A stretch of 44,860 nt of DNA, the filler included, from Jimgerdemannia flammicorona (Eukaryota): assembly GCA_003990765.1 (NCBI GenBank). It is 2 parts of 2 records of this genome, joined end to end, with 100 filler letters (N's around TTAATTAATTAA, not from the genome) between each part and the next. Parts side by side here need not be neighbours in the genome. Positions count along the whole stretch, not along the records: positions 22,481 to 44,860 come from RBNJ01001291.1; 1 more part is not named here. One strand, 5' to 3'. The notes below the pieces were generated by a model, which saw nothing but the letters and a program-made list of their open reading frames with translations, ran no database searches and was not told where the DNA came from. The position numbers and the translations under genes were made by a program. Each line of letters starts with the position of its first letter. Positions within the stretch are counted from its first letter, which is position 1. Positions 35,331-44,860 of the stretch are shown piece after piece.

Positions 35331-37524
35331 GATGTCTGGTTCTTGTTCCTCCTCATCATTACTGTCAGCTTGCAGCTCTGGGGGCTGGTCATCTTTTTCA
35401 GCTTTCCTTTTTACTTCAGCAGCTTCTTGCCTATACTTCTGTTAGTGGATTTATCTGACTTTACTGATATAAGACCAGCAGTTATTCAGGTGTTCAGAGC
35501 AGTACATCCTAGTACTATGGGGGTATCTTCCTTGAGGGGTATAATTATTGATGATCTTGTTGTACCACTGCTCATCTGTGAGCTTGGGTGTCTTGTTCTT
35601 ATTCTTGTTCACTTAGTGCATAAAGACTTCTGTGTCCTCTTTATTTCCTTTCTCTATATATGATAGAACTCCTTTGTGGACAATGATAGAGACTTGTATC
35701 TTTCTTCCTCTATAGTTGATCTATATCTTCTGGGCATTGAGATCAATGATGGCCTTAGCCTTGTGAAGCCATTGGTTGCCAATGAGAATATCATAATTAG
35801 TGGTACTTGTAACAATCATATCTACTGAGATAGTAGCTCCTCCTATCTTGATGGGGACTTCTTGGATTTTGCTAAAGAGGGTAGCTTATATACCATCTGC
35901 TGTAATATAGACTATCTTGGTAGACTCTTCAATGTCTTAGCCTAGGCAGTCAATTGTTTTCTTACTCATGAGGCATTCTCTAGCACCAGTATCAATGATG
36001 GCATCAAAGATATAATCTTCAATCTGATATGGAGTATAGGCTGATGTCTTGTGCTGATCTTCAGATTCTTTATCTGAGTTTTCAGATTCTTCTTGTGTAT
36101 TGTGAGCTTCTACAATCTTATACTCTTGATTCTTAGCAGTAGTTGCAAGTCTTACTCTCAACTGCTATCTGAAGGCAGGGACTTTAGCTAGCTATCCAAA
36201 AGTAGCATTGACCTTCTGTTTCTTAAGGTTCTTATAGATATCATACTGGTGGATCTTGGTCTTACACAGCTTCTGTTCCTTCTTGCTTTCAATTTCTCCT
36301 GAGACTGAAGTAGTATCTTCAATAATTTGGTAGGTAGCTTCATCTAACTCTATATCTTGATCAATCTCCTTGGGTTGGGTCTTGCTTTGGATAGTGACAG
36401 CTGAGGTCTTCTTCAATCTTCCAACTGGCTTACTGTTGCTCTTCTTATCATAAGGCTTAGATCAGGTTCTGGTACCTTCAGTAGTAGGGTAGAATTTGAG
36501 CTCTTTATAGTATTCTTCATCATCAGTATCACTGATCTCCTCAATGACTACTATATTGGTTTATTCTCTGGTTCTGATAGCATTACTTGATTGGGCTTTA
36601 TGTCTTGTTTTGGTCATGCAACTCTTTGTATAGTGGCCTTCTTTTCTACATCTGAAGTATATAATAATGTATTCTTCTATAGTAGCTACAAATCTCTGTA
36701 CTGGTCTCTTATTGGTACTTTGGACTTCTCTAACAATATCACTAAGGTATATAGTTATCTCAGCAAACTACTTGGCAAGTTTCTCCACTGGGTCAGCTTT
36801 GGCTACCTTGGAGGTAGGTGGAGATAGTTGTCTATTTACAACTATAGTAGATATGATACTAGTTGGCTTTGATAGCTCTATCTTGATGTCAGTTATTTTC
36901 TCTATTAAGTGTTTAGTAAGGTGTCTGGTAGTCCAATATCTCTGTGCAAAGACCACTTTCTGATCAAGAGTCAGTACAGCTGGGGTAGACTGGATTGCTA
37001 GAGTAATTTCAGGGTAAACTTCTTTAAGGAAGATTGAATCTGCTATTTGTTCCTTGAGGCAGTCATCATAGCCAGCCAAGACAATCTGATGGCAGATTTG
37101 AGTATAGAATGAGTTGGGGTCTTTACCAAGTTTCTGGCAAATAGTATTGAGTTGATTCTTGAGAGCTTGCTTGATCTCTTTGGTATAGTATATAGTTCTG
37201 AGGAAGGTCTTTATGTTGGTAAGTCTGGCTGTACCAGCATTAGCAATAGTGGCTATATTGAACTTATATATCTCTGGTAGGTCCTCTGAGGCTGACTGGT
37301 AGAAGAGCCAATTGTGTATCCACATTGAAGACTCATACAGTGGCAAATTGTTTAAAGTCTTCAATGAAGGTCAGGATTGACTCCTCAGTAGTATATCTAT
37401 AAAATGTGAGGGGATACATTTCTATCTTATCTTAAATTCTTACAGAGGTAACTCTTGTAGTCAGAGTAGTTGTTGTGGTAGTTATTTATTTTTTAGCTTG
37501 AAAGTGAGGGATTTGTCTTGAATC

Positions 37525-37542
37525 ATCAGCTAATGGGCACCA
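37525..37542 (-). promoter_or_regulatory. Primer binding site (TGGTGCCCATTAGCTGAT)
   Basis: A TGG-starting motif 3 nt downstream of the 5' LTR, complementary to a tRNA 3' end ...GGGCACCA; tRNA identity not assigned. Confidence 0.75.
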
Positions 37543-37545
37543 AGT

Positions 37546-39050
37546 TGTCATATAGTGAACACTGAGTCTTTCAAATATATCAGATTCTCTTCAAGGTATA
37601 TCTCTTAGACTAACTCAAGTTTGTTATAAGTAAGTTCTTATTGGAGTATCTTCCCAAGGTCTTATAGTCCTCAAACTTCTTATCTTTAAACTGTCTTGTT
37701 ATCTCTTTAGATTACTTATAAGAGATTGTATATAAGTAAACTTGACTGACTTTATTTTGACAGAAATCAAAGGAGTATTTATACAAAATATAATTCAATG
37801 GTTGCTAAGATATAAAGCTAAATATAAATTCCAATAACTAAATAAAATACTGGAATCTGGAATACAGAAGACTACCAAGTTTCAGTGTCAGCACAGATGG
37901 TTGCACAGGTTCAGGATATTGGTATAATTTCAGTGATACAGGAAAAGGGTACTGAAATAATTCTGAGTCACACAAGGTCAGAATGCTAGTAGAGGAATAG
38001 CTGTTACATGGGAAAAGGATGCTGGCAGAATTCTGTGTCACCAAGAACTCAGAGCAGAAAGTTCAAGACTATGGGGGCTTCATCCTCATCACTGTCCTCA
38101 AAGAAGATGAGGTCTATGAACATTTCATCTGTCTCATTATATATATCATATGGAATGATGTCATTGCTGATAATGTCATCACATTTGGCAGAAGCTCTTC
38201 AATCTATGAGGTTCTCTTCTACAAAATAGAAAACAAATATGAGGTCTTGAGGAGGTCTAATCTGAATACTGGGACCTTGAAATATGGAGATCAATTCTTA
38301 CAAGAATTGATCTGAGTTGTCCTAGAGGATGAGATGCCAGAAGTCTTCTACTTTATCACTATTGAGAGTGATAGTGGACTGGACTTCTGTAGCCACTATG
38401 GCTTCTAGTACATTGATACAGGTATACTTCAAGTTAGAGATCAATCATAGTATATGCCTGAAGATCTGATGAATCTTCTTAGCTGTCCTTATTTCATGTA
38501 TATCTATGGGAGTGGCATCTTATAGCTCTTGAGGGCTGGCTTGAGGGAATTTCCAGCAGAGGAGGTTTCCTATTTCATATTCTTACTACATCTGAAGATA
38601 TTTAGTAGCAATGGTGATTCTTGTTTCCATTTCATAGTAGTAGAGAATATAATAATAAGGGTCACCTATATTTAGGTTGACACTAGGAGTCCTTGTGGTG
38701 CAGGTCCTTATGGCTCTTTGGATGTCTTGGAACATCCTTTCTTAGACTGAGAGACCTTAGTAGTTCCTTGACCTTGAGATTTGGTGAGTAGTAGGCATTT
38801 TGTTTGTGGTAAGTCTTTGAGCTATTTTGAGATTAGTGGGTCTTGTTGAGTTGCTGCTACTGCAGTTCTTTAATCTTTATTTTATATTTCTCAAGATATC
38901 TATACTGTAGTCACAATGACTCACAATTAGTCATTATTACTCATCTTATAGCCTGAGTGAGTCATGCTGTATTATCTCCTTCTGATCTGATAGCTTATAT
39001 GGAATTACTGTCTCTTGTGCTAATGTCATTATTCTGAGGTCACTATTATA
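37546..39050 (-). repeat. 5' LTR (~1505 bp) of the dUTPase-Gypsy element
   Basis: Collinear with 30388-31917, with a 33-nt deletion near 38420 and mostly transition differences. Confidence 0.92.
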
Positions 39051-39440
39051 ATATAAACTAAAATACTCTATCTGAAAATAGAGACATTATATTCATCTAT
39101 AATCTCTGATAGAGTCAAGCTACTATTTACTAAAAGTCTATCAGTCTGGTAGTTTCTTAGTATTTATAAGTGTCTTATGATTGATAGTATTCTTATAGAA
39201 ATCTTATCAGTAGCTTCTAAAAACTACTTTATATTATAAGTGTCAAGATCAATAGATTTCTAGTTATATTGATACTGATCAAATATTGCTTTCCAGAGAA
39301 CTTCATAGATATATTCAGAAGGTGAGAGTATGATTTATTTATGTTTTAGTTTTGTTTTTGAGGAGTGTCTATGAGTTTGCATAGCTATTGTTTATTTGGT
39401 TGATTATTTCTCAGAGCTAATTTGTGGGGTATTTATTTGT

Positions 39441-42400
39441 TTATAATTCATATTATACAAACTTCAGGTGATACTTTTCAACATAATTCAGAGAAAAGAT
39501 ACTAGCAATATGTCTTTGAGCAAGAGTTCTGACAGGTGTACTGGGTTGGGTAGATTAGGGGCTTTTGGTTGGTAGTATATAGAGAGGGGTTATGGCCTGG
39601 AGATGTAGTACAAATGGTAGAGAAGGCTCTGAAGAGGGACTAGTATCTAGTGAGAAGGGAGGCAGTTCTAGACCCCTGAGCTTTGCTGATAAGGTGAAGA
39701 GGGGAGGTTGGCCAATGAGTGCTAGAGCTAGAGTAGCTGAGGAGAAAGGCAAGGCTAGCCTAGAGAAGGCAGAAGGCCCTCTACCCAGGGAAAAAAGTAG
39801 AGGGGCTAGAGAAACTATAACTGGGGGCAGTGGTGTAACTACTGATAGTGATATAATAGAGAATTAGAAAAAAAAAAAGAGATGTATTAGCTGATAGTAG
39901 TGCTATATAGAGAGATCATCAGAGGTAGAGAGATCTGGTCAATGATATAACAGGCCTAGTGGTGGCCCTATTACTTAAGAAATTGATTTTGGAGTTTGCA
40001 GTCACATTGTACTTCAGAGGCTTAGCAGTGACAGTAAAGCTAGTATTAGGGTTAAGCTTGAAGTAGATGGCTGGTGCTGCCTTGGTGAAGTTCTTAAAGG
40101 GGCTTGAGGGGGTTGAGGTAGGCTTTAAGGAGGCTGCCTCCTTGGAGGAGGTATTGAAGACAGGGATTACTGTGAGAGAGATGGTAGTTCTGATAGCTCA
40201 CTATCTGAGGTGAGACTCTAGAGTGGTCTAGCTTTTAGTGAAGAGAGTGTCTATGGTGACAACTATTGAGATAAGAAGAAGGGTAGAGGAAGTTATGGCT
40301 GAGTATAGTGAGGTAGTTGATATTGGCTTTCAGATCTAAAAGGGGACTTTATTCCAGATAAAAGATGTGGATATAAGGCTCAGGCTGGCTGGAAAGGAGG
40401 CTATAGAGAAGCTATGAGACTGGCCTTCTATATTGATATGGGGTACATTTATACAAGATGATGAGAGTGAAAGGGAGTGTGAAAGAGGAGAAGAATCTGG
40501 TAGAGGTACTAGAGAAGTTTGGTGAGATAGTGGAGTGGTGGACCAAGATATGGTAGATATATAGACTCAATATATCTGGAAGTAGTGGATGGAAAGTGTA
40601 TTCAGGTGAATAAGGGGTAGTGAGAGAGGGCTCAGAGGTATAAGAAGCAGAAAGAGTTACTGGCTAGTTTGGAGGTAAAGGAGAAGACATTACCCAGCTC
40701 TAATAGGGCTGCTAGGAGTACTAGAGAGAGTGTCTGAGTAGATGATGGTATGAGGAGGAGTGTGAAGGCTGGAGATGGGGGCCAGGAGACAAGAGATCAG
40801 GCTCTCTATGATGATAGTATACTGGAGATGTAGGAGGAGAGCAAGTATTTGGAAGGGCAATCTGGAGCCATATAGCTAAAGACTGGTGAGAATGTGGGGA
40901 TGTTGGGGACTTGCCATGTTATTTAGAGTACCTGAGATAGCAAGTGGGGGGTAGGTAGTTGAGGTTAGAGAGGATGAGCTGGTGGATATTTCTGAAGAGA
41001 AGTGGGATGAGTCAGCAAGTACTAGGGCAGATACTATGATGCTAGAGGCTGGTAGGCCAGTGATCTCTGGGGGTAAGGAGATTGGTGCCCTGCAGTGAAT
41101 GTGCTGGGTGATGAATAACTTATAGCTGAGGAGTTAGAAGATGTGGACTTATATGTTATCAGTAAGAAGCACTGGATAAGAATGCTGCAGAGAGATGATG
41201 TTGTGGGGGCTCTGGTAACAGAGGTGCTGGCAGTATATCTGAATAAGAAGAGGTATGCAGTAGATGATATGAGAGAGGTAGAGATGGCTATAGCTACTAG
41301 AGTACATATAGTCTTTTGGTAGAAACAGCAACATGGACTGAAAATCTGGTAAGAGGCTTACTTGGAATACTGAAAGAAGATGGAGAAGAAGGATGATACA
41401 GCAATGGCTGAGCTTTTGATTGAACTGGAGGCTAAGCAGATCAAGGGGGAGGAGACTGCTGCAGAACATAAATTGGACTTAGCCAGAGAGGAGACAAATA
41501 TAGAGCTATAAAGAGAATACTTCTATATTAATATTATTTCTCTATAAATAGTACAACTAACATTTTCTCATTAAATGTAAATAGCTTGAGAGGTTCTGAG
41601 AGATGGCATAACATTTTTATTTGGTTAAAAAGATTAGAAGCTGATCTCTTTCTTTTGCAGAATATATGATGTGAGGAGAACTTTGATCAACAGGAGTAGA
41701 TGAGAGAATGGGGGAGGGGGCTGCTGTCTAGAATAACAAAGTTGGGCTTCTGGTATAGAAAGAATAAGATGAAATATGTGGAAACAGAAATTGGAGAGAT
41801 CAGCTGATTTGGGGTAAATGGTATTATTCTGAGTAGAAGCCAATTATAGTTGGATCTTATTACTGCCTGGCAGATAGGAGTGAGCATATAGAGTAGATTA
41901 GTGGTCTTTTAAATAGTGGAGTCCTTATAGAGGTAAAGTAGATATATTTGGAGGAGACTTCAACATAGTTCACATAGCACAGTTGGATAGGACAGATAGA
42001 GAGAGGAGGACAGAAGGCAGAAGTAGTGGTCTGGAGAGTTGGGAGGAGGTGGAGCAACTTGGATCCTTAGTGGATACTAGTCAAGCAATGTGGAGAAATA
42101 GGAGAGTTTATACTCATTGAGTGAGAGACCTTGAAACTAAGATTGACTGAGTATTGATAGCTGATTGCTAGAGTCTATATCTGGAGGTAGAGTGGTGTCT
42201 ATGGTCAGACCATTGGGGCTTATTAGGGTATGGGTAGTTTGGGGAAAGTGAGGATGAGCTTATACATTGGTATCTCAATTCCTCTTTATTGGCTGAGATA
42301 GAGCTGTAGAACACTTGGGCTGAGGATTGTATATAGTTGAGTCTGAGTGGATACTCCAGTGGATATTTAATGAGTGAGGTTAAAGAAGACTGCTAGAGTT

Positions 42401-44545
42401 TACTAGGGTGAGACTGGCAGGGTAGTGGAAAGATAGCAGAGGAGGAGAGAGACTTGGGCCTCTGCTAGGTTGGCCTGGCTTCAAGAAAAATGAGCTGATC
42501 TTTTGGCCTTGGAGGGGGTTGAGGATTGGAGGTTAATGTGAGCAAAGCTAGAGATTGTTGAGTTATAACAGGTGCTGATGGAAGAGAAGGAGAATCTTAT
42601 AAAGAAATGAATGCAAGGCTGTACTAGCAGGGACTTGAGGAAGGGGAGAGGCCCTCTAAGTACCTCTTAAGACTTCTTTAGGTGAGGAAGGTGATGCAGA
42701 GGTGAGAGGGGGTTTTGGATTCAGAGGACCTGCTGGTATATGGTTTGCAAAATATTTTAGGCTCTCTGAAGGGGAGGTGGAGTGGTCTATAGAGTGAGGA
42801 GGAGGGCAGAGCTGATGCTGCTACCATTGAATACTCTTTGGAGAATTGGCACCCACTACAAGTAGATGGTCTTGACAGTTTGGTACTGCTAGTTCAGAAG
42901 GAGGAGATTCATTAGGTTCTTGCTACAACTAAGCAGAGCACTACACCAGAAGAGGATGGTCTGTCCTAGAACTTTTAGAAGAAGATGGTGGACCTGAGGT
43001 GCTGGAAGAGATGATGGCACTTTGTAACTCTATACTATAGTCAGAGAGAGCAGAATCTGGGGCTGATAGTACTGTTGTATAAGAATAAGAGCAGGAGAGA
43101 GAATTGAAAAAACTAGTAACTGATTATACTTCTGGATATAGACAGAAAGATAGTCACTAAGATAATTATTGTGAGACTATAGAAGGTGGCCCAGCAAGTA
43201 TTGGGTGAGGAGCAGTAGGGCTTCATTGGGGGCCAGCTCATTTGGAATAGCACAGCCTGGGTTCATGACATTATTGAGAGATCTGAGCTTATGGGCTAAA
43301 TGGGAGATTGGTCTTCCTGGATCAGAAGAAGGCCTATAATCATGTCTAAAGAGTCTGATTGATAAAGGTGCTCAATAGGATTAGAGTCTCTCAGTAGTTC
43401 CAAGTGTTAATAATCAGCCTACTGAAAGAGAGTAGGGCAGTGCTCATGTGCAATAATTATCAAGGGGTACTATTTCCTCTAGATAGGGGTGTTCCCCAGA
43501 GTGACCTTCTGTCTCTTATTTTGTATGCTCTTTTCTTAGAGCCTTTGATGGATAGGATTTGTTGCAGAGTGGTGAAGCTCTTGGTGTTCAGAATTGTCTA
43601 GAAGGTTGGGGCCTTTGCAGATGACATGGTGGTTGGCCTTAGTTCTATTGCAGATATGAGAATACTTAAGGAGATAGTGGAATAGTATGAGGTGCACTCT
43701 GAGACAAGACTCAACTGGCATAAGTGTGAAACAATAGTTTTGAGTAATAAACTAGTTGGAAGAGATGTTATTGGAACAATTGTCCCTACTAGAGATGCTA
43801 TATAGTACCTGGATATTTTATTTTTGGTTTATGGGTCAGTCCTGTCTAGAACTTGGTAAGAGCAGTAGGTAGTTATTTGGGAGAAGGCTCTGTGGAGCTG
43901 AGATGGCCATTACATCCTATTGATAGACTGTATTTCAATCCTGAATATCTACTGGCTTCTGAAGCTATAATATTTGGCTTATTATTTAGACTTTCCAACC
44001 TGAGTGGTGAAGAGGCTGTTGAAGCTGGCCAAGAACTAGATCTGGGCTGAGAGACAGAGTCAGGTTAGTTGGAATATTCTGTCATTGTCAGTAGATAGAG
44101 AAGATCTTGAGCTAGTTGACTTCCTGAAGAGGCTATACTGTCTGAGAGTATGGTGGCTGAAGAGAGCTGTGGAACTGAGGAGAGAAGGCTGGGTTCCTCT
44201 GATGCAGAAGGTCTGGAAGTTGAGATTTTCACCAAGGGGCTCCTCAGGGGATTTACTGTCTTTAGTTGTTCTTAGGGGCAGTGGGCACATATAATATAGG
44301 GACTTCTGGTAGAGAGTAGTTGATAGAATACACTATATTGGTCTTTGCTGGTATAGTACTAAGGGAGATATACTGTGGGGTCTAGTGATGTAGAGATGAG
44401 ATTACATACTACTGAGAGGTACTCCTCTAATTGACTTTAATATTGGTAATGGGGTAGAGTACTAGAGAGAGTTAGGACAGGATGTATGACATAGTGGCTA
44501 GCAGATAGTGGGTATTAGTAAAGAGTGGAACTGGCAACAAACATC
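39441..44545 (+). mobile_element. Near full-length degenerate LINE (ORF1 from ATG 39510; APE-RT ORF2 from ~41545), interrupted at its 3' end
   Basis: ORF1 MSLSKSSDR...SFADKVKRGGWPM; ORF2 IFSLNVN (~41562), GGDFN (~41950), SDH (~42204), TPEEDGL (~42943), FLDQKKAY (~43314), RGVPQSDLLSLILYALFLEPL (~43485), AFADDM (~43611). Confidence 0.9.
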
Positions 44546-44549
44546 TCTC

Positions 44550-44860
44550 TCCACTACAATTCATGTTACACACACTTTTCAACACACTTTCGAAGCATTT
44601 ATTGGAGAAAGATACTAAGGCAATGTCAACCAGCAAGCAAGCCGACGCACGTACTAGGTCGGGTGGACCTGGGGCCTTCGACTGGCAGACTGTTGGGAGA
44701 GGGTATGGATTGGGGATGGAGTCTTTCGGTGGCTCGAGTGGGCAGGGCGGCTCAGGTAGTAGAGGTGGCACTGGTGGGGGGGCTGGAGGGAAGCAGGGGA
44801 GGAGCTTTGCAGACACGCTGAGGGGTGGGGGCTGGCCGATGGGTACTTGTGGTGGACCGG
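44550..44860 (+). mobile_element. 5' end of a young, unmutated LINE of the same family; ORF1 from ATG 44623 open to the window end
   Basis: MSTSKQADARTRSGGPGAFDWQTVGRGYGLGM...SFADTLRGGGWPM aligns with the decayed ORF1 at 39510 (MSLSKSSDRCTGLGRLGAFGW*YIERGYGLEM...SFADKVKRGGWPM). The 5' UTR is also homologous, and CpGs reappear abruptly. Confidence 0.8.

Larger units (their letters stand above)
30388..39050 (-). mobile_element. Full-length degenerate Ty3/Gypsy LTR retrotransposon (gag-PR-dUTPase-RT-RNaseH-IN plus putative ORF3), ~8.7 kb
   Basis: Two LTRs, PBS, PPT and a likely 4-bp TSD ATAT (30384-30387 / 39051-39054). gag from ~37419; protease AIIDTGA (~35990); dUTPase (~34980-35330); RT LCIDYRKLN, FYVDDMII (~34262-34286); RNase H LQTDAS, NTDALSR; integrase WPKMEENLHQFVKGCDK, TDHGTEF. 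Confidence 0.93.

Noticed and set aside
34659..35663. Plus-strand hydrophobic ORFs (34659-35045, 35241-35663; also 36667-36963, 38019-38315) as env-like membrane proteins
   Set aside because: They are antisense shadows of Lys/Glu-rich minus-strand TE coding sequence.

Overview
Eukaryotic (fungal) DNA made of two 22,380-bp halves joined by an artificial 100-bp spacer (44 N + TTAATTAATTAA + 44 N, 22381-22480), so the halves need not be genomic neighbours. The gene content suggests an early-diverging fungus (Mucoromycota, possibly Endogonales); this is inference only. Left half: gene-rich and CpG-normal, with intron-containing genes for a LaeA-like SAM methyltransferase, a Rho4-like GTPase and a Cue2-like CUE/Smr endonuclease. 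These are followed by a ~10.6-kb tandem array of five BTB/POZ-SPRY(B30.2) paralogs: four intact, and one internally deleted pseudogene that keeps mainly the SPRY part. Paralog differences concentrate in mosaic SPRY loops, and a solo LTR with a 5-bp TSD sits just upstream of the most divergent copy. Right half: a nest of dead retrotransposons, almost devoid of CpG and full of C>T/G>A transitions, many at CpA/TpG. It holds several related APE-RT LINEs, an old Gypsy RT remnant, and a full-length Gypsy element with a dUTPase. That element has 1.5-kb LTRs and an apparent extra ORF running through the PPT into U3. A young, unmutated LINE of the same family begins at the far right edge. Best candidates for a new system: (1) the hypervariable BTB-SPRY array with a possible pseudogene donor, (2) TE-specific RIP-like hypermutation that spares tandem host duplicates, (3) the LTR-overlapping accessory ORF. 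All gene models and alignments were made by eye.
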